DNA from: Leidyana gryllorum EB-2025a
Taxonomy: Eukaryota > Protista > Apicomplexa
Assembly: GCA_048772705.1 (NCBI GenBank)
Contig: JBLWGC010000104.1
Coordinates: forward strand, 434,001-498,000
DNA: 64,000 nt
Reading direction: 5' to 3'
A program made the translations under genes and the position numbers. The notes under the pieces are model-generated. The model saw nothing but the letters and a program-made list of their open reading frames with translations, was not told the DNA's origin and searched no databases. Within the stretch, counting starts at the first letter, position 1; each line of letters starts with the position of its first letter. This document shows positions 49,110 through 61,769 of this stretch, one piece after another.

Positions 49110-49410
49110 CAGCGATATTTGTGTCTCCTCCCTATACATATGATTGAATTCTTCTTGATGGGCCGCGTAGTTGTGGTAGTGGTACTCTTCTGCGTCACCT
49201 TGGTAACCCTCTCTTTGACGAAAACGGTCTCTCGTGCAGAGGGTTTCAACAACATCTTGAAGAAGGGGGTCACCTCTGCCACTGATAAGCGGCCCCGCCG
49301 TACCGCGCTGCCCGTAACCACGGTGCGCGGACGGCTGCGACTTGGTTCTGCAGTCGTCGCCACTTTAATGAATGCTGAAAATAAGAATGTGTGTTATGAT
49401 GAGTAACAAC

Positions 49411-50884
49411 TCAACACGCGGGAGGAAAGGAGCAGATATATTTATACAACACATATATTGATTGACCAAAAGGGAAGAGGGCCCAATGTCTCACCCATTG
49501 CTCACGCCGTCGCTTCCGTTTAGGAGGAACGAAATCTGCCGGTTTTTGACAGCCACCCGCAGCACTGTTCGCCATGTGCTTAGCAACGTCCAGCGCCTTG
49601 ATCATCCTGTTGGTGTCGAGTGTGTGTGTGTGCGTGTGTCTCTGTGGACTTACGAAACTTTGGTATTGAAGACTTTGACTTTGATATGCTTTGATTTATC
49701 CCCAAACTTCATCGGTACCATCTGATCAATGATCGATTCTCGGACGAGAACAAACATGTCTCCTTTGCCTTGAGCGTCTCGTGGGCCTTTGACGTAATGC
49801 GCCTGGACGTCGTCTGAATCTGCTCGGTGAATGAAAAAGGGTCATCACAACAATCAAACTTACCCCCTCTCTCATTGGCTTTGATGTACTCTCTATATGG
49901 ATATATTTCCGCTTCACCTCCCCATGCATCCTGGATGAGGAGGACACTGGACCCGAGGCTGCAGTCTCGCAAGGTCTCCTTGACGTTGGCGTGATGCAAA
50001 TCTGATCCCACTGCAGCCATATAGTTCAGCTCTTCCGAGTTGTTGTCTTCTTCTTGCGCCTGGCGTAACTCTTCGATGGGTACATTATCAAACAACCCGT
50101 CAACTTGCGGTTTCTGACTCTTTCTGGGAATTCTGTCAGTTTGTCGATTCACTGGGGACGCCGCGGTAGTGTTGGAACGGAAGGAAGTGGTCTCAGGAGG
50201 GGGAGCGGAATGATTGATCGGGTCCACATTCGGTACACTTCTCTTCCGCTTTTTGACAGGCTGCAGGTACACGCTGGTCGCTCGACAGATTGTGAAGGGA
50301 GACGGCGACGGTCGGCGATCAGGAGTCTCCTTCATCTCGTCCTCCGTTTCATCGTCCAGCGAGACGTATGGAGGCTCGACATCGTTGACGACGGAGGACG
50401 CTGAGCTGCTTATAAGTCCACCCATGGTGCAAGTGATTTTAGGCGATGTCGTAGATGCCATTTTGTTCCAGATTGATCTTTGTTCGGGATCTGAGGAGGG
50501 AGACGAAGAACCGCCTATCACTACCTCCACAGAAGAGGTTGGACTGGGAGCAGCGGTTCTCTTTGGGACGGGAAGCCCCACACGACAGCGGCAGCGTTCG
50601 CACAAGACGCGTTGTTGTTCCTCTCGTTGCCGATATATTGAATGGTCATAGGAAGCTGGTGATTCATCGTCATCATCCTGAACTATAAAGTCTCTAAGGT
50701 CAGACCCATCGTCGTCATCGGTCGATTCGGATATGGCAGACGATAACTCATCTCCTTTGCCGCCCCCTAATAACCGATCCAAATCGCTTTTAATGCCCGA
50801 CTCCTCGTCCTCCATCAAAGTGGAATCAACCTCAGAGTCTTCAACGGCCTCATCGTCGACAAATGCTGAGTAGTGCCGTCTCAT
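49411..50884 (-). CDS. Hypothetical acidic protein (FVDDEAVE / SDLRDFIVQDDD motifs)
   Basis: Long ORF 49709-50884; the last exon 49411-49606 is probable but uncertain. Confidence 0.5.
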
Positions 50885-50939
50885 TGGTCCACCAAAACGT
50901 CCACGTACGGCACCCACGTCAATTTTTTTTTACACACAT

Positions 50940-51624
50940 TCAATGGGTTACCAGTACGGTCAGATCCTCATTGAACTTGTGAAGTGCACGTGCACTGTCA
51001 CCACCTGAATGAGCCATGATCTGCTTGATTGCAGTCTTGATGTCCGGTTGAATAGAGAACGCTATGTGCTCCGGACTCAATGTGACCTTGGACGAGTGGA
51101 ACTCATGTGGGAGCACCTCCAAGTAGAAATACATCTTCCGCGGTAGAAAATCGGTTCCTGCCACAAAACCTGCGCACCCATGTTCTTGTGCAACGTATTG
51201 GGTGACCTGATGAGTCAATCAACTAACCAAGCCGACATTCGCTCACCGATGGGAGGTATATAAGTCGATCTGCTTCGTTCGACAAGTCAATCGACGTCTC
51301 TTCCTGAACCTCACGAATTACTGCTCTACGTCCAACCTTTATCATTTGATCGAGTCTCAAGTCTGACAGCGGCTCTGTCACATTGGTAGCAACAAAATCC
51401 TCAGGGTCTATTCGGCCACCGGGCAGCTGATAGTGGGATCCCTTCTTTTTCTTCCAGGCCTCCATCAACAGGATGCCTCTATCGCGTATCCAATAAATTA
51501 AGAAGGCGCGTTGAGCCTCCTTCTTCAGAATATGCGCACTATGCTTGCTGGCCGACGATGACGACGACTCTCCGGTAGAAGCTAGAAGGCTCATTACGAG
51601 GAACAAGAAAGCAAACAGATTCAT
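50940..51624 (-). CDS. Nudix hydrolase with N-terminal signal peptide and split Nudix box
   Basis: MNLFAFLFLVMSLLASTG; YQLPGGRIDPED-(insert)-RAVIREVQEETSI; intron 51207-51246. Confidence 0.78.
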
Positions 51625-51647
51625 TCGCACTATAGCCCACCAAACTT

Positions 51648-52631
51648 TTAGGGTGTTACTTTGAGTTGTTTCTCAATGGAATGCCGAACAAAGTCAATGT
51701 TCTTGAACGCCGTATCCGGGTGAAATCTACCCCCTCCCAATAAAGGCTCCTTGGGATGCTCAGTCAACCATAGTTCCATAGCTGCTGATATCATCCCGTT
51801 GGCCAAACGGGGACGAATGTCATTGCTATACCCCTCAGCCAGCAGTCGGTTCTCCCCAATCTCCTTCAAAACAGCACTAAGCTCATTCAAGGTTGTGGGC
51901 AACAGACCAACTGACGACAAAGCTTCGTTCAAACCTCCCTCCCTTCGAATGCAAAAGTCCGCCACTTCACTTACTTTCTCGCCCAACTCCTCCAGCCACC
52001 CAGCCAGAGCTCCTCTATCTAATCTAAATCCACTCGTGTGACGATGATCGATCGGAGGCGTCTCCGGTCCTTCACCTGAGGGTCACACGCTAGATCACAG
52101 CACATCCCTTGACCTCAAAACCTTACCGCTAACCAACGTCCAGTCATTCTTCTCGCCCCTCCGCCGATAAATCGGTCCCTTGACTCCGGCTCCCACCTGT
52201 CTGTGAGCCAATAAGATATATCCAATCGAACAATAACCACCCAAGCACACACACACACACACTCTCGGAAACCCACTCTTATCCACCACGAACACTTACT
52301 TGGCTGGGAAAAAGAGCATATCCAGGTCTGTGCTGGCCTCTGCGATGTTCCTATTGGTGCGTGGCTCATGACATTGGCGTGTTTCGGCAAGTGCTTCATC
52401 AACCGACACCCGATATGGCAATCGGGTGGCGAGCTCAACACAGGTCGGGCATGGGAGAAGCAGAATTGAGTCGGGCCAACAAGAAGGGGACAGATCCTCC
52501 GTCACTGGGGGTGAGGAACGATCAGTCCCTTTCAGAAGGACATCCAAGAAACAGGTACCACACACGCAGCACTTGAAGATTGTCGCGATCTCACTAGGCA
52601 TGGATGGTGCAACATTGTTGCATGAAGACAT
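51648..52631 (-). CDS. Hypothetical multi-exon protein with CxxC..CxxC N-terminus
   Basis: FKCCVCG..LPCPTC; GT-AG sites link ORFs 52296-52670 and 51648-51986. Confidence 0.4.
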
Positions 52632-52686
52632 TGATTCATTGTTGTTTGTCATTGTTTGGAAGTGAGACACCCGTGTTGGGTGTGAG

Positions 52687-54262
52687 CTAAATGAGGATCC
52701 GAGGCTCGTGAGCTAATAGCAATCGGCCTGTGCGTCGCACAGTTACTAGCTGACCCGGGGGCCGATAGCAATCCGCACAGCCAAATAATAAGAACAGCAA
52801 ACAACTCCATACGGCCAGCTGATGGACGGATAGGGAATGTCATAGAGAGTTTTGACTCACCAACATTGCACCAGCAATGATTCTGGAGCACCACAGGCCC
52901 CAGGAGTGTTCAAACTTGGCTGGTCTTAAGGCCAGAACCCTCGTACGTCTGATACTGGTTCTCCGCGCTGATGCATTGATAACAACGCGGCGAGGTCGTC
53001 CGGTGGTTTTACTAATGGACGCTGTACTTCCACGTCCGATAAGGTACATAAAGTGTGTTGTACCATCTGGCACATACTTCCGATCCTGGTATTCCAAGTA
53101 ATTACGAATACCAGGGAGTTTCTGCCAGCAGGACATGCGTCGCGACCGCTTTGTTGGTCGCGGTTGCACATCCCCAATGATAGTGGTTTGCTCTGCAAAC
53201 GTGACTGTGGCGGCTCCGAGGGGGTTCAAGTTCTCAGCTACTGCCGTCTGAGACGAATTGGTGCCGTCCTCTAAGCACTGGGCCGTTGGTTTCTCGGCAA
53301 TTTGTACGGCGGCCTCATCGTCGTCGTAGTAAGTATCATGCAGCTCTGTCAGTTCGGCTGATGTTATGGGTCTGATGCTGTGATGCCATCCTTTCCCGGC
53401 GGCCTCTCCCACCCCGATATCGCACCGTTTTTGGGTTGCGAGTGCGAACAACAGACCTCCTCCAGCGCCCCCAAGGTGAGCATAAGCGTCCACCAGGGGT
53501 ATGAAAGATCCACAGATCGCAATGATACTACTGATCACGGCGGCAATCATGAATACTTTTGCTCGGGGAATAGTGGACCAGTACTCTGCGCAAAGGGGGA
53601 GGAGACATTAGTCGTTTAGTCGTCGGGAGGAAGACAGACACTTTGTGGGATTGGGATTGCATTGTGGCTTTCACTCATGAAACAAGACAACGCACCGAGT
53701 ATATAGACGTTGAGGGCCATCATGACACCGTATATACCTCCTGAGGCGCCGACTGATATGTTGACTCCATCAAGTGTGGCGGAGAGGAGGCAGCCAGTGA
53801 AGGCGGAAACAAAAAAGCACAGACCATAGCGGAGGAAGCCCCACTCAGGCTCGATGATCTTGCCAAGAGGTATCCAAACAACGAGGTTCATGATAAGATG
53901 GAGCCAGCCTGCGTGGAGGAGGCCAGCCCAGCAAAGTCGCCACCATTCTCCCTGAGTTATAAGATTTCGTGCTAATCCTCCGCCCTCCACCAACGCAAGG
54001 ATAGACGGGCCGAACAGAGGATTTTCATTAATTGGGCGCATCCCGCCCCCTGATATTAACCTGTAATCCACACACATCAGTTTCTCTCAATCAATCGAGC
54101 ACCACCCTTAGCTCACAATTGAAGAAATAATGCGGTACATACAGCAGTCAGTAAGTAAGTGAACTTATATTTGCCACCCAACGGAACATTGCGTGCTGCC
54201 GGGTCCAAAGGCACATAACATACAACACCTTTGCCTTTGATGCGGCTATCTTCACAAGACAT
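52687..54262 (-). CDS. Rhomboid intramembrane serine protease (ROM4/ROM5-like)
   Basis: NPLFGPS, GEWWRL, LHAGWLHLIMN, VGASGG (catalytic Ser), AHLGG (catalytic His); large loop before the last TM helix. Confidence 0.9.
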
Positions 54263-54361
54263 TGTCAAATCCAAATTCTTAACGATTTCCCTATTTCAAC
54301 TTTCAAAGACAAGGTGACGCAACTACACAATCAGTGGTTGTGGGTGGGTCCCTGAGGCTGG

Positions 54362-55915
54362 CTACGGCATCGTCGAGACCCCTCGCTGCTGCTGCCCGTC
54401 TCCCCCCGCCCAGTTCAATTCCACCCAACCCTGAAAGTGTGCCCGACACAGCAGACATCTATCCTGAAACAAACCAGACAAACAGTCCCGGCACGCAACG
54501 GAGTGGCTGTGGGAGTCTCAGGTCACAGTGAGAGTTTACTGCACTCACCGGCAGGGCAACAAGATGGTGGTCTTGGGAGAACTCAGACACACCAAACACT
54601 CGCGCTCATTGGTGTCACTCAATCCGAAAATGGCTCTTTGGGTAACAATGGATGGGGGGTCTCGAATGATCATCAGATCATTGTGGAACTGATAGCTCCC
54701 GGTAGCTTCACAGCCGTTGCACAGCACTAACTGCGATGCTTGGCTCTGCCCAACACCCACCACGAGCAGAACGAGCTGCACTTCTCCGTTACTGACCTCT
54801 GTAGCATCCGACCAGGGGAACAGGAACCGCGCCTCCTGGTGTACCAACTCACCCCGAGTCGGAGCGATTCTGCAGAGCGAGCGGCATTTCGTCTCCAATC
54901 CGATCAAAGGGGTGAGGAACTCACTTGAAGCTCTGCGCGATGCCGCCAGCAGCCAAATGGGAAAAGGCCATTGCGGACAGAGGGTCTGACGGAGGTGTTG
55001 AGGCTACTGCACAAATCGCAGCAAAGATACTCTCTCAGAAAAGCTTACGTTCAACCCGTAGAGGGGTGTCCAGAAGGGAAGTTGAGGGATCTGCCGAGGG
55101 TACGGGTGTGACTGGCGATGGCGGCCACATGTTGGAACAGGCATTGATCGTCCACTCTCTGCACCTCCAGTAGAGTGACTTGAGTCGTGAGCTGTGACGC
55201 GAGCCGCCCAGCAGAATTCCACTGTCACTTTGTTGCGAAACACAACGCAGCTGCGCGCGACGTGTGTGTCAGTCAGTCAGTCAGTAGTCAGGGCAACGGA
55301 GACACACACACTTACAAATGAATCAATCCGTTTGACTGGAACATGGGTAAAGATGTGGCACACGACATCTCGTGCCCCAGTTGTAACGTAAGCGTCGAAT
55401 GTCAGTCGAAGTATGGGCGGTTCTTCGAGTTGCGAAGAGGAAACTGCCGGAATCTCCCAGTGGGTCTAAGGCACACACTTGGAGTTTGCGCTAAAGGTAG
55501 ACAGCATCACCTTGATGGAGGCAGGGACTATGCGATTGGTGGCCGATATTACGGGCAGAGGGCGATCATTGGACTTTACACTAAGTTTCAACACACGGCT
55601 GACATGATTCAAGTCGAGGGTGTGGAAATCTGCCGCATATGCCGCAAAGTCGTCCACCTGTACTGGCTGCACAAGTCAGTATTTCTTCGAGGGTGGCATC
55701 GCTGCGTGACGCACCTTATTGTGAGTCAAATAGACATCTGTACGAATCGCGGTAACGAATCTTCGACAATAATCAAATATGGCGAGATAGGAGAATGCAG
55801 TAAGGGCGAAGAGGAGCGCACTGAAGGTGACTGGTGATAGAGGTAAATAGGCAAAGTGTTGAGCGGTGAGCTCCTCCGGGTTTAGAGAATAGGTGGGGTA
55901 AGGGATATTGACCAT
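54362..55915 (-). CDS. Membrane-anchored C3HC4 RING E3 ligase (MGRN1/LOG2-type RING)
   Basis: AIFG..ECLVCLSSPKTTILLPCRHSVACRDC..RCLLCR after splicing; N-terminal TM helix. Confidence 0.72.
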
Positions 55916-56047
55916 ATCTACAATACGTGTCCGAATGTCGAATGTCGAATGTTTGTGTCAATCATTCATTATAGTACTCCCATTGATTCTTTCTTAAACA
56001 TCTACTGATTCAGTTCAACAACTGAGAGTCACATTGTTTTTCACACT

Positions 56048-56730
56048 TCAATCAGACTTGGCGAGAGGGCTCTTCTCGTTGAAAGCACGAGACTGGTCGA
56101 CATTGCCGCCGGTCTTGGCTTGGTATGCCTGGGAAGCAGACTTGCGGAGAGAATCGGTTCTCTCCAATTCGGGGTCCTCGGTCTCATCCTCGCCTCTGAC
56201 ATATCCGAACACGTGGGAACGGGACTGGTTGGACTTGGTGGGCAACTGGTCAGTAGGCTCAGCACCAGCGCGGATGGCGTATCCAGTGCCGTCCACAGTG
56301 CTCATACCGTAGTCGCTGGCGGGAAGAGGCGCAGTCACCTTTCCAGTGGGATGACCCTGATCGTCAACCTCGATAGCACCAAAAGCAGCAGCACAGGCGC
56401 CACCACGGTACTGAAAAGAGAGATTTTCCAAGAGATTACCCTCATAAGGTGCCTCACCTTGTTCCAGTTGGGGTATTTCTGGGGGTCCTCCTCGTGGAGA
56501 GAGGCCTGTTTGGCGATGAAAGCTCGGAGAGGAGTGAAATTGTTCTCCTTCAAGTCCTTTGCGGTGATCTCGAATTCACCAGAACCGCGCTTCTCACAAG
56601 CAGCTTTGTTGTGCTCCCTCTCGAAGGCCTCATTTTGCTCAATGATCTCTTGAATTTGGTTTTGAGCAGTCTGGGGCTCGGAAGGCTGGGCCTTCTGCAT
56701 ACGTTCGATAGCGATTTCGGAGGTACTCAT
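56048..56730 (-). CDS. Hypothetical hydrophilic protein (2 exons)
   Basis: ATG 56730; an intron at about 56411-56457 joins ..YPNWNK|YRGGACAAAFG.. Confidence 0.65.
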
Positions 56731-56800
56731 CTTCAACTTATGACTTCGTGTGCGTGTGTGGTCAAGCACGTAAATACGTGCCGCACATATATAGCTATAT

Positions 56801-58630
56801 TCACCTTCTCGAGTGTGGGGAAGGTGACCGAGACCGCCACCGGCGTCTCTCAAACGGTGATCGCGACCTCAACCGCCGCGGAGACCGAGTGTATCTTCGT
56901 CTATCTGGCCGCGGACTGCGTGAAGGTGATTGATCAAACCCCGCCCGTGTAGAAGAAGCCTCCCTTCTGCACGAGTCACCTATCCGCGATGAACGATCGT
57001 CCGTCGCCCGAACCGGTCGCCGCTCCCTCTCACGCACTGTAGTCAATCTCTCATCTTCCTCTCTGCCGTAATAAGACCCGCGACGGTAAGAATCCCGGCG
57101 AGGTCCCGGTGACGGTGAGCGGTGGCGACTTCCCGTTCTGTTATATGCCGGGGTCTCCCTCCACCTTCTCCCAGTAGAACGATCCCATTCTCGCGGAGAA
57201 CGAGCTCGCTGACGACCCGATTCTTGTCTGTCGCCCCAATCCTCCCTTCCGTGTCTCCGATAACCATGTCGTGGTGATGACAGTTCTTCGCGATCTGCTC
57301 GTCTTGCTTCACCGTATGAGCTCCTCGGACTCCGTTCCCGATGCCGACTCGCCGGACGTGTGTCCTCCACAAAAGAGTCGCGTACCTCCGTGTGTATATC
57401 ATACCGTCTCATTTTGCGCCTGGGCTCCTCCACCGAAACATCACGTGAGCCGTGACGAGAAGCCCGACCGGCGTCACTGTTACTAAACCGTCGACCCCGC
57501 TGTCTGCTCTCCCGAGGAGAGTGCGGCGGTGGCGAGTCTCTCCTTCTGCTGTAGGATGCCTCGAGATCATTGTCTGACTCAGAATGCCGCCGGGAGCGAC
57601 TTGTGCCTTCCTTTGCACCACTTGGCGCTCTGTCCTCCGCCAGAGAATCCCTTCTCGGCGATGGAGACACGTTGTTCGGGGGGTTGAACCGCTCTTCAGA
57701 AGAGTCTCGCGGCTTTAACATGGCGATAGGAGACGGACTGTCGTCAGCTCTCTCGTCAAGTCGTCTAACAGATGTTGGACGCGAGGCCCGCTTTGAGGGA
57801 GGGGGTGAGGGAGAACGCTTGCGTGATTTCCTTTTCCTGGGACGATCCTCGGAGACAGAGCGGCTTCGATCTCGCTCTCTTTCTCGCCGTGAAGGACGAC
57901 GGCTCGAGCGCTTGTGGTGATGGCGGGAGTGTGGGGACCTCCTCCTGTGCCGCTTCTTCGAGGGCGGAGGAGAACGGCTGCGGCGTCGTACAGCGGCCTC
58001 GTCGCTTCGATCAGAGAAAGACTGCTCGCTGTCATCGCGAATACGGATTTGACCGACCTTCCCTTCTGAGCGCGGAGCATTGACGACCTCTCGTACGGCG
58101 GAGGACGAAGAGGATCGGCTACTGGTATTGCTGCTGAATGAGCGGCGTCTCTTTTTGCGACGCTGACGGGCTTCTTGTCTCTCGACCTCGTCATCTATAT
58201 CGCTCTCCTCACGAGAGCGTTTGCCGCCCCGAGGCGAAGGGGCGGCGTGTTGGAGTTCGTTCAATGTGGCGGCCGGGTTCAGGAGAGCGCGTTTGGGTCT
58301 CAATCCGCAAGCCTCTTCTTGCAAGATCTTTTCGAGTCGTCTGACTCGTTCTACTTCAGAGAGTCCTTTGGCCGATCCGTCGCCGGGACGCTCTTTATGG
58401 TGCCACCAATCGTGGGTTTGGAAGCGGCCGAACTTCCCTTGCATTCCAATCCGGAGGCTTTGACCTGAACATCGACATGAGCTTTTGGAGCGATCACGAA
58501 TAGCCTGGAACTCACCGAGATAGCATTCCCTGTCTCGCAAGGACTGTGACTTGACCGAATCCCATCTGAACTGCTCAAGGCCGCCACGAACCCCCTCGCG
58601 AGGGGGCTCTTCCCGGCCAAAGTCCATCAT
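56801..58630 (-). CDS. MMTAG2-like N-terminal domain with long RS/RD-rich tail
   Basis: [28 protein letters not shown]; 51-nt in-frame intron 58465-58515. Confidence 0.75.
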   Translation of the reverse strand: MMDFGREEPPREGVRGGLEQFRWDSVKSQSLRDRECYLGEFQAIRDRSKSSCRCSGQSLRIGMQGKFGRFQTHDWWHHKERPGDGSAKGLSEVERVRRLEKILQEEACGLRPKRALLNPAATLNELQHAAPSPRGGKRSREESDIDDEVERQEARQRRKKRRRSFSSNTSSRSSSSSAVREVVNAPRSEGKVGQIRIRDDSEQSFSDRSDEAAVRRRSRSPPPSKKRHRRRSPHSRHHHKRSSRRPSRRERERDRSRSVSEDRPRKRKSRKRSPSPPPSKRASRPTSVRRLDERADDSPSPIAMLKPRDSSEERFNPPNNVSPSPRRDSLAEDRAPSGAKEGTSRSRRHSESDNDLEASYSRRRDSPPPHSPRESRQRGRRFSNSDAGRASRHGSRDVSVEEPRRKMRRYDIHTEVRDSFVEDTRPASRHRERSPRSSYGEARRADREELSSPRHGYRRHGREDWGDRQESGRQRARSPREWDRSTGRRWRETPAYNRTGSRHRSPSPGPRRDSYRRGSYYGREEDERLTTVRERERRPVRATDDRSSRIGDSCRREASSTRAGFDQSPSRSPRPDRRRYTRSPRRLRSRSPFERRRWRSRSPSPHSRR

Positions 58631-58702
58631 TGTTGTGTCTTTACTTTTTTGGGGCCTGGATTACGCAAAAAGTTTGCTCCTTGGTTGGGTGGCATAAGCA
58701 AC

Positions 58703-59079
58703 ATGGCTCGCAAGACAAAGAAGGCCACCTCTGACTCTATGAGTCACAGACTTCAGCTTGTTATGAAGTCTGGCAAGTGCGTTCTGGGTCACAAGCAGAC
58801 TCTCAGAGCTCTCCGTCAGCGCAAAGGTAGGAAACTGTGAGTTTATTCTCAACTTTCACCCTCTCTTTTTCCTTTGCAGCCAAGCTCGTGATTATCTCAT
58901 CCAACTGCCCGGCTCTCCGTCGCTCTGAGCTCGAGTACTATGCGGTTATCGCCAAGACCGGTGTCCACGAGTTCGCTGGTACCAACACCGAGTTGGGTAC
59001 TGCTTGCGGCCGTATGTATCGTGTTTCTTGCATGGCTGTCACTGACGCCGGTGATTCCGACATCATTAGATCCATGTAA
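58703..59079 (+). CDS. RPL30: 60S ribosomal protein L30 (eL30)
   Basis: [46 protein letters not shown]; intron 58827-58879. Confidence 0.98.
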
Positions 59080-59535
59080 ATCGACTAACCAACCACCCAA
59101 ACATAGCTTGCCAACCTCGGCTAACAATCACGCCCCACCCGGCCAACTTTCCACATTCCTTTATCTCTGAATTCGAAAACAGAGATACTCCCGAAAGCTG
59201 TAATCACACTTCAGCCGTCTCAAACTGAAGGACCGCTGAGACCTTTGAACACCTCTCGTACTCGTTGACAACAGATAACACCTCTCAGCGCCTCCTCATA
59301 AACTCTCCGACTCACTTTTTTTCGAGAATGGGCTACACAGAAGTGACTTGACCACAACTTGAGAAGGGGTCAGCCATCACTGAGCCACCTGGTGTCCCTT
59401 CGCTCTATGCGATGAGAGCGAAAACTGCATTGTTGACAAATGATTGGATACTTTCGCTCGTTGAAGCTGAAGGAGGTACGGGGCTGCGGATCAGAGCTTT
59501 CCTTTTGATTAACTGTGATGTGAAAATTGGGGATC

Positions 59536-60704
59536 CTAATTGGCGTCGACTGCCTTAACAGCGGGAGCAGCGTGGACGGCCTCCTGATTGATCTCCTTGG
59601 GCACTTCCTCACCCTTGAAGATCTTTCTCTCATTGTAGCTGCCACTTGATACATCGGGAACCAGGCGTTCAGCTGAAGCTCGGCGGCTTGGTTCCTGAGC
59701 CAGTAGGGGTCTTTGAGCATAGCTCTGCCAACTCCAACGAGGTCAGCCTTCCCATCCTCGATGATCGCAGCAGCGTCAACGAGCTGAGTGATCATCCCAA
59801 CAGCGATCACCGGAATGTTCGCCTCTCTTCTGACCTTTTCAGCCAGAGGGATTTGGAATTGGGGAGTGGAGGGGAACTGCTGCTTAGAATTGTTGCCACC
59901 GCTGCTGACGTGAGCCACATCCACACCAATCTCCTTCAGTTTTCTCGCGTAGACCACCGCGTCATCGACGTCGAAACCTCCTTCAACCCACTCAGTGGCG
60001 GAGAAACGCACAATGAGAGGCATCGAAGGTGGGAGAGCTTCGCGAACTGCTTTGCACACCTCCAAGGGGAACCGCAATCGGTTCTCCAGACTTCCGCCAT
60101 AGGCATCAGTACGGGTGTTCGAGAGCGGACTGGTGAAGGACGAAAGGAGGTAGCCATGGGCTGAGTGGATTTCGATGGCATCAAATCCAGCCTTGACACA
60201 TCTCGTAGCCGCAGCCACAAACATGTCGCGGACCTCTTCCATATCCTCGCGAGTCATTTCACGGGGAGCGTGATAGTGCTCATCGAAGGCAATGGCGCTG
60301 GGGCCAATACACTCGGAACCGTATTGGTCTTCAGCCGTAAGGTGAACGGGATTGGGCACCATACAGTTCACACAAGTCGCCTTCCGGCCACCGTGCGCAA
60401 TCTGAATGGCAGTTTTGGAGTGGCTGTATTCATGAATGTAATGGTTGATACGTTTGAGCGGGGGAATATACTCGTCGCTGACAGCTGCCATATCACCGGG
60501 CTGCAGACGGCCGCGATAGTCCACAAATGCCTTCGAAGATGATCAGACCAGCTCCACCCATAGCGAGACCTCCGTAGTGTACAAGATGACGATCGTTGGG
60601 CTCGTTGGTCACCGGATCAGACAATTAAGTGCACATCGGCGGCACCGCAATACGGTTGGGGATTTCAAGGGCCCGATCTTCAATAATTGAAACGCAGCAG
60701 ACAT
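59536..60704 (-). pseudogene. Pseudogenised tandem copy of NADH:flavin oxidoreductase (OYE)
   Basis: Versus 61770-62945: 1-nt deletion near 60670, TGG->TAA near 60626, 2-nt deletion near 60530, 4-nt deletion near 59630. The offsets 2234 and 2241 differ by 7 nt, matching these indels. Confidence 0.88.
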
Positions 60705-61137
60705 CCTTGATATCTCTCAAGGACGGTGGTACGAGTCATAATCTTTTTGTCGATCCGGCAGGCTCTTGGGACATCTTTGGGACATGTGTTTGGGACATCA
60801 CTGTCGGGCGACGTAAGGAGGGTATGGTGAGGCCGTCTTGGCCATTTCCATTTCCGTAGACCCCGAATGGTGGATAGTATACCCCTCATTCGCCTGAACA
60901 GGATGTTACATCGCAGTGCTGGTGACGAATGACCCGAACTGTGGGGAATTTAATATTGACGAGACATAATGCCAATGCCTGGTCCTCAGGGAAACGAGCC
61001 AGGAGCGAGCATGGCTGTAAGCAGGGGATGCGCAACGGGCACATTTGGCGTCCGGGCCGTCAATGATCTGAGACATAAAGATCAAGGTCCCACGAGCACA
61101 TACGGTGCTCTGGATCGTGTGACGAAGTGGTAATGGA

Positions 61138-61560
61138 CATGGCCGTCGATGGAGAGCTGCCATAGAGGACTAAACTATGAGTGGATGTATTGGATCCAAC
61201 AAAACTTCCCTGTTGCTTATGTTTGGCGGCAGAGACCACACTCAGCAACCGATCAATTAGTCGAAAGACGACATTTGTTCCTTCCCGAGAACTTCTACGG
61301 GCGTCTGTATGAGATTACTATGCCTTTGGACTTAGGAGTTCGGAAACACACGTGCCTCTTGTCATCAAATCCTGTGGGAAAGGGATCGGAAGAGTAAGAT
61401 TAGCATTTACCTGATAGCTTCCGGTTCCCTTTGCCCGAGATACCAACCGGTCAGTTGAGATGAGTATATGGCGAACGTTGGCCGTAGGCTGGGATTTCGA
61501 TATTGTTGAAGCGAGGCTGTCTACAGAGGCACGTGGCAGACGACAGTCTTAACGACACGT
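61138..61560. repeat. Diverged duplicate of 63286-63830 (part of the ~2.2-kb tandem duplication)
   Basis: Shared blocks cgatggagagct, attggatcca, aaaacttccctgttgcttat, acatttgt, gatagcttccggt and ttgttgaag..ctacagaggcac. Confidence 0.8.
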
Positions 61561-61769
61561 TGGTTTATCAGAGAATACGTGTTTGATCTCAAGTTTGACT
61601 CTCTCCTGTGGAAAAAATATGACAGCGGGGCCTCCCTATATTTATACGATGAGAGCAATAGGTGCATTGTTGAGGGGAAGGTCAATCGAGTATTGTAACA
61701 TTTTAACTTAATAACGAAAGGGGCGGACAGATTTGACGGTCCACTGTATAACGACAAAATTTGAGGATC

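Noticed and set aside
49106-49406. Overlapping small ORFs on both strands
   Set aside because: Non-ATG starts and no motif. They could be a terminal exon of the 50884 gene, but this cannot be supported.
59370-60524. 384-aa ORF as a second functional OYE
   Set aside because: It starts at GTG, lacks the N-terminal ~60 aa including the PMC motif, and its C-terminus is frameshifted. Treated as a pseudogene.
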